DNA of 62,971 nt, filler included, from Octopus bimaculoides (Eukaryota): NCBI RefSeq assembly GCF_001194135.2. It is 8 parts of 5 records of this genome, joined end to end, with 100 filler letters (N's around TTAATTAATTAA, not from the genome) between each part and the next. Parts side by side here need not be neighbours in the genome. Positions count along the whole stretch, not along the records: positions 1 to 23,723 come from NC_068982.1; positions 23,824 to 29,764 come from NC_068986.1; 6 more parts are not named here. One strand, given 5' to 3'. Position 1 is the stretch's first letter. Each line of letters starts with the position of its first letter. The position numbers and the translations under genes are program-made. Below, piece by piece: positions 13,171-26,020 of this stretch. The notes beneath the pieces were generated by a model, which did not search any database, was not told the DNA's origin, and saw only the letters and a program-made list of their open reading frames with translations.

Positions 13171-13563
13171 AGGAGTGGCTGTGTGGTAAGTAGCTTGCTT
13201 CCGAACCACATGGTTCCGGGTTCAGTCCCACTGGGTGGCACCTTGGGCAAGTGTCTTCTACTATAGCCTCGGGCCGATCAAAGCCTTGTGAGTGGATTTG
13301 GTAGACGGAAACTGAAAGAAGCCCGTCATATATGTGTGTGTGTGTGTGTGTGTTAATGTGTTGGTGTTTGTACCCCCACATCGCTTGACAACCGATGCTG
13401 GTGTGTTTACGTCCCCGTAACTTAGTGGTTCGGCAAAAGAGAACGATAGAATAAGTACTAGGCTTACAAAGAATAAGTCCTGGGGTCGATTTGCTCGACT
13501 AAAGGCGGTGCTCCAGCATGGCCACAGTCACAATGACTGAAACAAGTAAAAGAGTAAAAGAGT
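13171..13563 (+). mobile_element. SINE family A, near full length
   Basis: AGGAGTGGCTGTGTGGTAAGTAGCTTGC head, GGCACCTTGGGCAAGTG CORE-like block, internal TG run, tail AAACAAGTAAAAGAGTAAAAGAGT. Confidence 0.95.
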
Positions 13564-14423
13564 TAGATGTAGAATAAACATAATCAATCAGTGTCGCAGA
13601 GGTCATGAACCAAATTGCTTTAAACTTTAGTGAAGTATAGTAACAAATTATACTTGTTAAAAAAAAATAATAATTCCTAACCAACAGAATCAGATATGGT
13701 ATTACCAGCTTTAGGATTATCGGCTCCTATCTTACTGCCTACGATTAACCGAATCCGTGCCTCAAATGTAGATTTCCATAGTACATTTTTCTATCTTTCA
13801 AAGAGCACCATGAGGTGGCTTAGCTTATCGTTGTAAGAAGCCAGAACTCTGAATGATTAATGGGCGCTTCCTATGCTTGAAAGGTTGACTTAAATTCCAC
13901 TGAAAGTGGATCGTAAGTAGCAAAATGAACCCTTTCTTTTTCCATATACCCCGAGGGATCTTCAAATGGGTATTCGGGGTGATTAAACTATCCAAAATGA
14001 TCAACAAGAGATAAAAACAAAGTTAAATAGATTAGGAGAAACAGAAACCCTGTTACTGCCATTAAAAACAAACTAAAAGGAAAATAATGTTTCGATCTGA
14101 AGATTTGTTATTCCGGTTTCTGCTTATCAAAAAAAAAAAAAAAAAAAAGAGCAGATAAATATATTTGTAGTTGTTGAGTAGTCTCGGGTCAGCGCTGATT
14201 GCTTAGGCCTTCGAGCAAATGCATTCTTGCCGAGATCATACCATTTTATAAGAGATATAATGTTCCTGACAGCATTATCTAATGGGTTTTGCTATTTTTA
14301 AAAATAGTACGTTATGATCTGCTTGTTATTTAGCTACTGTTTCTAGCATATCAAGCGGCTATGTAAAAGTACGCTCAATGGCTCAATGAATGCTTCAGTT
14401 CAACATGTTTATATAAACAAAAA

Positions 14424-14471
<48 letters not shown>

Positions 14472-15237
14472 ACACACACATACATGTATGTGTGTGTGTG
14501 TGCGCGTGTGTGTGCGTATGTACCTATGTATATATGTATGAACGCATGCCGGTATGTGTGTGTGTGTGTGTGTGTATGTGCCTGTATGTATATTGAAGAA
14601 AAGCAAACAGAATCCGCAGAAATTGCCAAAAGAAAACTATAAATCTCTAAATTCCATAAAACGAGAAATTTGTGCATTATAGGACAACTTGAAACTGTTA
14701 TCTTATTTTAGGAATTGTAAGTAAGGTTTCTATTGCAAGACGAATAGGTTTTGGACGGTCCTTCGACCTTGTCATTGACGAACAAGGGACAAATGGAATA
14801 CGTCAAACAAATTACAGATACGTTCATGCAAATGAGAACGTGGAGGAATGTGGAGAAAGTAGTAGTAGTAGTAGTAGTAGTAGTGGGTGGTGGGCTGGTA
14901 GTGATGGTGGTTGCGGTGATGGGGCTGGGCTGGTGGTGTTGAGGTGGTGAATGTAATTGTGATAACAGAAGAAGAAGAAGAAGAAGAAGTGTGGTGCGAA
15001 CGGCATACGCTAAAGCTGCTAGTGACTTGTACAGGACCCGACCACCTAGGGCAGTGAGCATCCAAACGGTATATTTGTACGCGAGACTCTTAAATCTCAA
15101 GTTCTTTAGTGAAATACTCATATGCAAAACATACGACGAAGTCCTACATTGACAAAATAATACAAATGTATCAAATAGTAGAATCAATGTCATGCCAAGG
15201 CGATGAAATGCGGAGACGCAAAACTGTCTTAAGAGCT

Positions 15238-15886
15238 AACCAGTGTACTAGCCCCTATAATAACCAATGCATTGGGCCCTACAATAACCAAGGTATTAGA
15301 ACATATAATAACCAAGGCACTGGGCATTGTAATAACCAATGCATTGAGCCCTATAATAATTAATGCACTGGGCCGTATAATAACCAATGCATTAGGCCCT
15401 GTAATAACCAATGCTTTGAGCCCTATAATAACCAATGCATTGAGCACTATGATAACCAATGTACTGGGCCCTATAATAAACAATGCATTGAGCTCAATGA
15501 TAAACAATGCACTGGGCCCTATAATAATGAATGCATTGAGCCTTATAATAACCAATGTACTGGGCCTTAAAATAACCATTGCACTGGTTCCTATCATAAC
15601 CAATGCATTGAGCCCGATAATAACCAATGCATTGAGCCATATAATAACCAATGCACTGGGTCCTATAATAACCAATGTATTGAGCTCTATAATAACCAAT
15701 GTACTGGGCCCTATAATAACGAATGCATTGGGCCCTATAATAATCAATGTACTGGGCCCTGTAATAACCAATGCACTGGTCTCTATAATAACCAATGCAT
15801 TAAGCCCTGTAATAAGCAATGCGCTGGACCCTATAATAACCAATGCATTGGGCCCTATAATAAACAATACACTGGGCTCTATAATA
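15238..15886. repeat. 24-bp minisatellite, about 27 units (ATAATAACCAATGCATTGGGCCCT)
   Basis: Unit repeats with substitutions but no visible indels; explains the ORFs 15272-15898(+) and 15229-15909(-). Confidence 0.95.
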
Positions 15887-15999
15887 TTTATTTCTTGATA
15901 ACATGCCACAGCATATATCTTTATCTGGTCCCCAAAGACGTGAAGCCCCCGTGTAACTCCCTAATGTGCCCATGCCTTAAGACTGCTCTGGGAGATGTG

Positions 16000-16315
16000 T
16001 CGGGTTTCAAAAGATGATGAAATGAAAGTAAGTTGTTGTTTAGTTCCAATTCTGCTTTAATTGGGAAGATGAAATGTAAAGATAGCCCACACCAGCTCAC
16101 TACTGGCTGTAACCCACGTCATACCTGAAGGATTAGGTCAGCACCATGTTAATCCAGTCTGAGCTCTTCATCAGTCTTAATACACAATTTTAGTAGGCTA
16201 TTTGGACTGGAGCAACGTGAGATAAAGTTCCTTGCCCAAGCACACAACGTGCCTCTCTGACTTAGAATCAAACTACGATCTTATGACCTTGCTTAAACCA
16301 TTAGGCTCCGTGCCT
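16000..16315 (-). mobile_element. Degenerate tRNA-derived SINE (family D-like)
   Basis: GGACTGGAGCAACGTGAGATAAAGTTCCTTGCCCAAGCACACAAC followed by a decayed tRNA-like head in reverse orientation. Confidence 0.6.
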
Positions 16316-16545
16316 TTTTCCAAGTTAGAAAACCTTCGATCAACGCTGTTCCAGCTGTAATCATCTCATAATTTCTTGTTTAATTAACTACAACTACATT
16401 GTGTCACGTGTCCAGCCTCTTTCTTAACGACGATAGTGTGTAATATGATATAACTTGGTTGCTATTTTAATTTTCAGAGGTCTGGTAAAGGTTCCGTCAT
16501 TGGTTCACCAAACTCTGATTTGCTGTTATTATTATTTAGTATCAG

Positions 16546-16765
16546 GATGGCGAGCTGACAGAATCGTTAGCACGCCAGGCGAAATACTTAGTTTTATTTC
16601 TTCCGTCTTTATGTTCTGAGTTCAAAGTTCGCCGAGGTGAACTTTGCCTTTTATCCTTTCGGGGTCGATAAATTAAGTACCAGTGAAACACTGGGGTCTA
16701 CATAATCGACTAGTCCCCTTCCCCCAATATTTCAGGCCTTGCGCTTTTAACAGAAAGGATTATTT
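16546..16765 (+). mobile_element. SINE family B
   Basis: GGATGGCGAGCTGACAGAATCGTTAGCACGCCAGGCGAAAT...CCTTTCGGGGTCGATAAATTAAGTACCAG...CAGGCCTTGCGC. Confidence 0.9.
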
Positions 16766-16991
16766 AGTATCAGGTCAACTCTGACTGCATAATTCGTCCA
16801 TAACCATGTCTTTTTCTTAGGCATAATCTATCTAGGACTACAAACTATTAGTGATGATTTTATGATAATCAGAAGGTCATTGTGGGAAAATTGACCGATA
16901 TTTCTAGTCAGTCATGCGATCACGTAGAAGTTCCTCGTTAGCTCGGCAAACTCAAAGTAAACGCCTCTAGTGGTTATGTATAATTTGCGAC

Positions 16992-17382
16992 AGGCGCAGG
17001 AGTGGCTGTGTGGTAAGTAGCTTGCTTACCAACCACATGGTTCTGGGTTCAGTCCCACTGCGTGGCACCTTGGGCAAGTGTCTTCTACTTTAGCCTCGGG
17101 CCGACCAAAGCCTTGTGAGTGGATTTGGTAGACGGAAACTGAAAGAAGTCCGTCGTATATATGTATATATATATATGTATGTGTGTTTGTGTGTCTGTGT
17201 TTGTCCCCCCACCATCGCTTGACAACTGATGCTGGTGTGTTTACGTCCCCGTAACCTAGCGGTTCGGCAAAAGAGACCGATAGAATAAGTCCTGGGGTCG
17301 ATTTGCTCGACTAAAGGTCGTGCTCCAGCATGGCTGCAGTCAAATGACTGAAACAAGTAAAAGAGTAAAGAGAGTAAAGAGT
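16992..17382 (+). mobile_element. SINE family A, full length
   Basis: AGGCGCAGGAGTGGCTGTGTGG head through AAAAGAGTAAAGAGAGT tail. Confidence 0.95.
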
Positions 17383-17599
17383 AGGCAGGAAAAGCACCGC
17401 AAAATTACCGATTGACACACGAAGCTTGCGATGATGAGTTCAATTTCTTATGGAGTAAAAATGAATAAGCAAGCACGAACATTATTTGATATAGACCAGC
17501 GTCATGTTCAGTTGAGAGATTTAAAATAAGGGATAAACATCAAACAGCAACTAAAAGAAAATTGCATTAGTAAGAAATTCTTGTTGACCACAAACAGAT

Positions 17600-18340
17600 C
17601 TCTGTAACTTCATGAAGGATAAGGAGGGAGAGGAGGGAAACGAGGTGAAGAGGAGGATCAAGAAATAGTGAATGAGATGGTTGGGGTTTGAAGCTATGAT
17701 AAAAGATGTCAGGAAACAGAAGCAGATGATACACAGTATAGAGAGAAAGGGGGAGCGAGAGAGAGAGAGAGGGAGAGAGAAAATCGGGGAGAAAGACAGT
17801 GAGCGAGGGGGAGGGCAGGAAATTAGGAAAAGAGAAAGGATAGAAATTGAGAACCATATATAAAATATTAGAACTAGAAGATAGAACTGTATACATAGGA
17901 AAATATATTGGATGTAATGGAGAAAACAAACATGGAAACAAGAGAGAAGGAAAGACAAAGTAGGAGAGAGAGAGGCGGAGAAAGAAAGAATCGAACAAGG
18001 CAAAAGACAAACAGAAATGAAAAGAAGGGAAGACTTCAGAAACTCGAGGAGAAAGAAAGAACGGAATAATTAATGGAATATAAAGAAAGAAAAGAACGAT
18101 TTAAGGAAGAGAAAGGAGGAGAAGAGAATCTGACAGAGAGAGAAAAGATGATAGAAAATTGTTTATGAAAAAAATATGGTGTGTGATAAATGATATTGAG
18201 GGCAGACATGTAAAATAATAACAAAGTAGTGAGAGAGAGGCTGAGTGGGAGATGGAATTAAGATAAAATATTTGTGAAAAAGAAAAGAAGCAAAAGAGAG
18301 AAAGAGGAAAGGAAAAGAAAAAAGAGGAGAATGAAGGAAA
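17600..18340. repeat. Purine-rich (GA/GAA) low-complexity tract
   Basis: About 740 bp strongly A/G-biased on the plus strand; source of several spurious F/S/L-rich ORFs. Confidence 0.85.
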
Positions 18341-18749
18341 TGTTTTGTTTTGATATTGTTCGATTAATTGTTTGTTTAATTTAGGGGACATTAATTCCCT
18401 TTAAAGTGGGTGTAAGAAATGTGAAATTTTAACTGTGAATATACATAATTCATCCCTAATTCAAGCTTGCCCCCGTTTCAAAATGTTATCAAGATTTGTG
18501 CATTAGGCAAGCACGTTGGTCCGGTTTGGTTTTAGTGGAAGACCACACTGTAATCTGTGATTAAATCTTGGAACGGTGGGAGGAAGGGAGGGATGTGCGG
18601 TTTAATGCTTTTTTATATTAAAAAAATATATATGAACAGTTGATACGGTGTACATTTGACGCGACAGAAGGTGGACATACAGTTACATGATGAGTTAACA
18701 GAAGTGGGTGGTGACTTCTGATGAGAGGGAGGGAGAGAGAAAGAGAGAT

Positions 18750-18800
<51 letters not shown>

Positions 18801-18804
18801 AATA

Positions 18805-18840
<36 letters not shown>

Positions 18841-19227
18841 ATCCGCGCTAGAAATAGAAATAGCTTAGTGTCATATCTTTTTTGTCTTCCCATTTCTCTC
18901 ATCTCGATTATGCATTTCTATTCCCCTGGAGTTTGAGATACAAAAGCAGTTTATTCTTCATAGTGAATAAAATAATTATTCCCGAGCGAATGAGACAGCT
19001 CCTATACGCTTTCTCGCCAGATATAGCAACTAAATCAGAATATACCGTTCTTAAAGCGGGAATGATACATCTGAGAGTGTATTCGTAGAAAGATAATGCC
19101 TGATAATGTCTTTGATAATGGAATGTTTGGTTACAACTGACCTGAGACAGAATAACATACTTATAATCACAGGTGTTGTTGCATAGTCATCAACTCGTTT
19201 TTATATACTTTCAGATCTAGTTTATGT

Positions 19228-19620
19228 AGAACTAAACTTGTTGGCACTCCGTCACTTACGACGTCGAGGTTTCCAGTTGATCCGATCAACGGAACAGCCT
19301 CCTCGTGAAATTAACATGTCAGTGGCTGAGCACTCCACAGACACGTGTACCCTTAACGTAGCTCTCGGGGATATTCAGCGTGACACAGTGTGACAAGGCT
19401 GATCCTTTGACATACAGGTACAACAGAAACAGGAAGATAGAGTGAGAGAAAGTTGTAGTGAAAGAGTACAGAAGGGTTCGCCACCATCCCCTGCCGGAGC
19501 CGCGTGGAGCATTAGGTGTTTTCGCTCAATAAACTCTCACAACGCCCGGTCTAGGAATCGAAACTGCGATCTTATGACCGCGAGTCCGCTGCGCTAACCA
19601 CTGGGCCATTGCACCTCCAC
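19228..19620 (-). mobile_element. SINE family C (tRNA-derived), full length
   Basis: Minus strand head GTGGAGGTGCAATGGCCCAGTGGTTAGCGCAGCGGACTCGCGGTCATAAGATCGCAGTTTCGATTCCTAGACCGGGC with A and B boxes, followed by a ~320 bp body. Confidence 0.85.
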
Positions 19621-19950
19621 AGAACTAAACTAACCAGTATATATCTTTCCTCATTGTAAGACGATGATTTGTGATTTCAATGATTTTTGATGCAAATTCT
19701 GGCAGGTAGACCACACAAGCTCCTTCATTCACTTGAACAGAACGAAGAACTAGAACCAAACATGAGGCGAACTAATCGTCCTTAATAAAATTCTTCTCAA
19801 TACTACGTACTGAGGTACAAATATTGAAGAAAAATGTTATATTTGGCATTGTCTAATAGGAAGATCGGGGTTCATTGACGTGCAAGAAAAATGTGTTCTC
19901 TTAGGTACTGGGTCATAATGAATATTGTGCAAAATTAATTGCTTACTGTC

Positions 19951-19994
<44 letters not shown>

Positions 19995-20142
19995 AGAAGT
20001 GGTGGATTCCCACGCAGGAAAAAATATTGGAGAATGGGTTTGAAAATGCACCTGAATTTGAAAAACGTGTAGTTTTTAAGCAGATTTATTCACATACATG
20101 TAGATACATTTTTCAAAGTCCAAAGCAAATTCTCCCATGCAT

Positions 20143-20173
<31 letters not shown>

Positions 20174-20204
20174 CATATATATGTATAAAGAGAGAGAGAG
20201 AGAG

Positions 20205-20352
20205 AGAGAATTCACAAAAAAAAGACGAAGACAGGTGGTATAGACAACAAACAGATGTATTAGTATAACGCTCTGGAAGTGAAAAACTTTTTAACATTTC
20301 GAGCCTACGCTTCCACAAAAAGAAACACAGAAAGAAACAAGGAGAGAAAACA
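20205..20352 (-). mobile_element. Penelope-like terminal fragment, second copy of the 634-760 family
   Basis: Near-identical GAAGACAGGTGGT.TAGACAACAAACAGATGTATTAGTATAACGCTC block; hammerhead-like motif further decayed; ends at a gap. Confidence 0.6.
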
Positions 20353-20465
20353 NNNNNNNNNNNNNNNNNNNNNNNNNNNNNNNNNNNNNNNNNNNNNNNN
20401 NNNNNNNNNNNNNNNNNNNNNNNNNNNNNNNNNNNNNNNNNNNNNNNNNNNNNNNNNNNNNNNNN

Positions 20466-20496
<31 letters not shown>

Positions 20497-21524
20497 TGTA
20501 TATATATATATATATATACATAATACACACACATATATATGTACTAGGCGAGAGAGAAGCTGAAATTCATGAGACTTTTTATTCAGACCCACTACAATCG
20601 TTTCGACTCATCATGCCCTCGTACCTTACAGGTGAGATGCTGCACAATGAATTGTCACGCATTATGGGTGCAAGTGCATCTCATCAGGTGACTTTTCAAA
20701 AAGTACCCCTTCATTTATTTCTATACCAATACATTTTGGTTAGTGTAACATCCTATCTGTCTCCATGATGATCTGTTATAGAGGGAAGCGAAACGGCAAG
20801 TCACCTGAGAAAACTTTAATTATATTATAAGAAAAAAGAAGTAAATGTAAACACCAAACATTTGATATCTTGCTATAATGATTTTGGCACTCGTCCAAAA
20901 CTAAAAATATAATCCTTTATATATTAAAGAAAGTTAAATCATCACATCATTGGATTTGGTTTCACCAACAATTCAACGAGTTTTGCAATGATTTGTGATT
21001 ATGCAATTGTATTGTATAATGCTAAACATACATTTTAATGCCAACTTTGTACGCGTAATTTCTCCTATATAGAAAACTGATACGAAACAGCTGTAATCCT
21101 ACGGAAGTCAGGTGTCTAAATGAAAATATATTCATCTCTTATGTCTCTTCGCTTTATAAACACACACACGCATGCATACGTGAATACACAGAAACACGTA
21201 CGCATGCATGCATGTATGTATACACTGTGAGAGAGACAGACAAACAGACAGAGAGAGACAGACAAACAGACAGAGAGAGACAGACAAACAGACAGAGAGG
21301 GAGAGAAAGAATGAGAGAGAGCGAGAGAGCACTTATCTTAATTCTCACTGTGAACAAATCTAGGTTGCTGACTCACTATGTTCCGTTTAACAAATTTGTC
21401 ACCAAATGATAATTAAACACGACGCAATTGATGTTAACAATAACCTATATGTGGGCTATAGTATCGATCTTAGAATAAATATTTATATTATTAACGTTAA
21501 TATAATATTCTAGGCGTATAGGCA

Positions 21525-21566
<42 letters not shown>

Positions 21567-21794
21567 NNNNNNNNNNNNNNNNNNNNNNNNNNNNNNNNNN
21601 NNNNNNNNNNNNNNNNNNNNNNNNNNNNNNNNNNNNNNNNNNNNNNNNNNNNNNNNNNNNNNNNNNNNNNNNNNNNNNNNNNNNNNNNNNNNNNNNNNNN
21701 NNNNNNNNNNNNNNNNNGTGTGTATATATGTATATATATATATATATATGTATGTATAAATACAGTTTGCATTTAAGCACATAAGAGGCATCCA

Positions 21795-21888
<94 letters not shown>

Positions 21889-21896
21889 GTACATAC

Positions 21897-21927
<31 letters not shown>

Positions 21928-22154
21928 CATATATACATATATATATATGTGTGTGTGTGTCTGTATGTATGTATGTATGTATGTATGCATGTATGTATAT
22001 AAATATCTGTAAATATTTATGTGTGCGTGTTTGACTTGTGCTTGTCGCCCACCGGTTGTCAATAGGTGGTGGGGCACAGTAAACGCACCTTTCCCATTAC
22101 GTGGATACAAAAAATAAATCTGTAGATGAATACGAACCTAAAAAAAAAGAAATA

Positions 22155-22186
<32 letters not shown>

Positions 22187-22623
22187 AATAAAAAGAAAGA
22201 GAGAGAGAGAAGAGATCTTCTGGCTGAAGAATAATGGAAAAATCAAATATTGTATAAAACGCAATATATTTAAGTAAGCAATAAACAAATAATGGAACAT
22301 TTGGAAATCGAAAGATGTGGGTGTGTGTAGGTGAACACTTAGCTAAAAGTAGCTGCCAAATCTACTCCCAATTCACACGCAATCCTCTCAGAGAAGAAAG
22401 GGACCTTCTTTCATAATGTACTTCCCGATACAGAATGCTTGAACAAAGAAAATGGAACGACCAAAGTGAAAACGGTTTGGAACATAGATCGACTCGATCA
22501 GGGCTAAGCATGGGGATACAATAGACGAAAAATTGAAGGTGACAATAAAAAGAGGAGAAGAGAGTGGGAGAAAGAAAGAATAAAGAAAGAGGGTGAAAGA
22601 ATGACAGAAAGATAGATAGATAT

Positions 22624-23040
22624 AGGCGCAGGAGTGACTGTGTGGTAAGTAGCTTGCTTACGAACCACATGGTTCCGGGTTCATTCCCACTGCGTGGCAC
22701 CTTGGGCAAGTGTCTTCTACTATAGCCTCGGGCCGACCAAAGCCTTGTGAGTGGATTTGGTAGACGGAAACTGAAAGAAGTCCGTCGTATAAATATATAT
22801 ATGTGTATGTATGTATGTTTGTATATGACTATGTGTCTGTGTTTGTCCCCCCCCCCACCAACATCGCTTGACAACTGATGCTGGTGTGTTTACGTTCCCG
22901 TAACTTAGCGGTTCGGTAAAAGATACCGATAGAATAAGTACTAGGCATACAAAGAATAAGTCCTGGGGTCCTTTTTCTCGACTAAAGGCGGTGCTCCAGC
23001 ATGGCTGCAGTCAAAATGACTGAAACAAGTAAAAGAGTAA
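22624..23040 (+). mobile_element. SINE family A, full length
   Basis: Same head, CORE-like block, internal microsatellite and tail as 16992-17382. Confidence 0.95.
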
Positions 23041-23048
23041 AAACAAAG

Positions 23049-23100
<52 letters not shown>

Positions 23101-23256
23101 TGATAGATAGATAGGTGCATAGAAAAAGGGAGAGGTGAGAAGTGGCGAAGAAAGAAAGCGAGGAGAAGAAATAGAAATGGAATATGAGAGAAAGACAGAA
23201 CGGGAGAATGAAAACTGGAAGCCACAAGATTTGTTGTCTGTGCGCAAATACAGTTA

Positions 23257-23303
<47 letters not shown>

Positions 23304-23380
23304 ATGCACACAAGTATGTATACATGTATGTATGGGTGTATGCATACACGTAAATGTATATGTGTGTGCATAAATGCATG

Positions 23381-23412
<32 letters not shown>

Positions 23413-23723
23413 AATATATACAGATATAAACAAAATGCGCGCGCGTACTCGTGCATAAAATATATATATGTTGTATTTTGGGAGGGCCATTCTGTAAATA
23501 ATATCACTAGCACTGGTTGTAACTCGATGTTTTATGATTAGGCAATTAATTCAATATTTAATGAACTACAGCTTGTGCATACGCTTTTATTATAAGAATG
23601 ACTCAAAATCCGTACAACAGCATATATTTCGATGCACGGATTTACATTTAATGGCTTGCGAAATAAATACAAATAAATACACACACACATGTGTATATAA
23701 ATATATATATATATATATATATA

Positions 23724-23823
23724 NNNNNNNNNNNNNNNNNNNNNNNNNNNNNNNNNNNNNNNNNNNNTTAATTAATTAANNNNNNNNNNNNNNNNNNNNN
23801 NNNNNNNNNNNNNNNNNNNNNNN
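23724..23823. other. Synthetic scaffolding spacer (44 N + TTAATTAATTAA + 44 N); seven such spacers in the window
   Basis: Identical 12-mer centred in 100-bp N blocks at 23768, 29809, 36730, 46251, 51197, 56214 and 60725; it encodes stops in all six frames. Confidence 0.95.
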
Positions 23824-24075
23824 TAAAGACCGAGGTTACCGTGGTCTTTTCGTAGGTTTTTCTTTCCACGGATAACCTCCCCATTTATTGGGAATTTTTT
23901 GTATTATTTCGTATTTTTTGTAAATACCCCAAACATTTTGCGATGTTTTTTTTTCATCGTTGTCCCCACTTTTGTTTTTTTTTTTCTGCTTTGTTTTCGA
24001 CCCCCTCGAAAAGAAAAACTCTACATTTGTATTTTGTCCCCTCTGTGTTGAGCCCTGTGTGGCTAATAAAGAAAC
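23824..24075 (+). mobile_element. Putative LINE (L1/Tx1-like) 3' UTR fragment
   Basis: T-rich UTR-like sequence ending TTTGTCCCCTCTGTGTTGAGCCCTGTGTGGCT-AATAAA-GAAAC then (CTAT)n; clade assignment is inference. Confidence 0.55.
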
Positions 24076-25089
24076 CTATCTATCTATCTATCTATCTATC
24101 CAGCTAGCTAGCTACTCAGCTTTTTAGCTATCCATCTCTCTCTTTCCTTCTCTCTCTCTTTCTTTCTCTCTCTCTTCCTCTTTCTCTGTGTATCTGTCTT
24201 CACATACACAGTCCCCCCCCCCACACACACACACATATCTTCATTACAAAACAACAAAGTTAATATAAAAATATACAAAATAAAGAAGTAAAAGTGTAGC
24301 ACACCATTCTTTAATGGTTAAAAGGAGTTGTGAATCACCCTGCAATAAACAGTCCTACATACACTACGCCTCAAAATTCGATAGGATGACTACAGTTCGA
24401 ACGCTTTTGATCATAAAATCTACTGGAGCAGGGCTTGCCTGAGGCTAGGTGAGAAAGAACAAGGAAAAATAATGTAAAATAGGATTTTTACGAGAGAGAA
24501 ACCACAGTTAATGGATGTATTTATGCGTGAAGATAATTTTGGGTGATGAATTCACCCAGATTCTAACACCTAAGCGGCCTATCCAGGGAATAGATTACAG
24601 TTTGGCTCTGCCTTTCGATTCGCTCTAATATTGCGTAAGTTGTTTGATTATAAACTGACTGAAGTTGTGCGAGCGACGATAGTGAAAAGTGGGTGAGAAA
24701 GAGAGAAAAAAATATAGAAGAAAAAAATGGCAGAAAAACAAATGATAGATAGAGAGACAGAGAGCAAGAAAGACAGAAGAGAGAAAGAGATACAGAATAG
24801 AGACAAAGAAATGGAAAAGGATAGAGAGAGAGGGAGGGGGGGGAAATGAACGACGGAAAGAAAAACAAGAATAAACGTTTTATCTATTTAATTAATCATT
24901 TATATAGTCTATTTATTTATTTATTAAATTATTTATTTACTTTTTAACCATTTATTTCTTACAAAATTAGTTTATAATATTGAAGGGAAAAAAACGAAAA
25001 TATAATAAATTGCAAAAAAATTACAAAAATAAGATCTAAAAAATTACATCTGATGAAGTTTAGTGTTGCGAAATTTCTTTCTTACACAT

Positions 25090-25148
<59 letters not shown>

Positions 25149-25578
25149 TTCTCCACCGTTTCTTCACAGATATCTACGTCATACCTTTTCTTTTCATCAT
25201 TTGTTCTGATCTTCAGTTCTTTCTTAATAATTTTTTTTTAAATTTCGTTTATGTATTTATTTATATTTATTTAGTTACTAAATATTTATATTATCATTAT
25301 TTTGTTTCTGTTACATTCGTTTTTTTTTTCTCTTCTCTTCTACGAAACTAAATCGTTTGTTCCAAGGAAGGCTGTTATTCGTGGCGGTTTATTTTAGCGG
25401 TAAAACTTAGTTTCAGCACCAACGCTGTGTTAATTTGTTAAGATGATAACATATTAAATTGAATAAAGAAGTAGACCGGTGTTGTTGATAAAATTATTGT
25501 AAACAACCGTATTATTCAGAAAGGATTCACTTCAAACTAAGACACTTTTCATGTCAACTTCACACTCAGCACTCCCTG

Positions 25579-25634
<56 letters not shown>

Positions 25635-25980
25635 GCACATACACACGCGCACACACACATGCATGCACAAACACGCACATATACACACGCACGCACACAC
25701 GCATGCAGAGTCATGCGCACATATATGTGTGTGTGTACAATTACTCGTACTTCTAGTGTGCATTTAATATAATTTGTACGCATATATCATATAAATGTAT
25801 ATATTTATATATATACACACATATACATACACACATTATATGATGTTTGCACACTTATATACATACATGTAAATATGTATACATATGTATGTGTGTGTAT
25901 ATACATGCATGCATCTGTATATGTATGTATATATGTATATATAGATGCATACATACCTACATAAACGCATACATACACAC

Positions 25981-26020
<40 letters not shown>

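Noticed and set aside
14708-15193. 161-aa minus ORF and other long open frames around the AGT/GGT/GAA runs
   Set aside because: Openness is largely due to triplet microsatellites; no recognisable domain and no convincing splice pair (the AG-GAATT-GT candidate is 5 nt and frame-shifting)
23768-23779. TTAATTAATTAA palindrome recurring seven times
   Set aside because: Always centred in a 100-bp N block; a synthetic gap spacer, not biology
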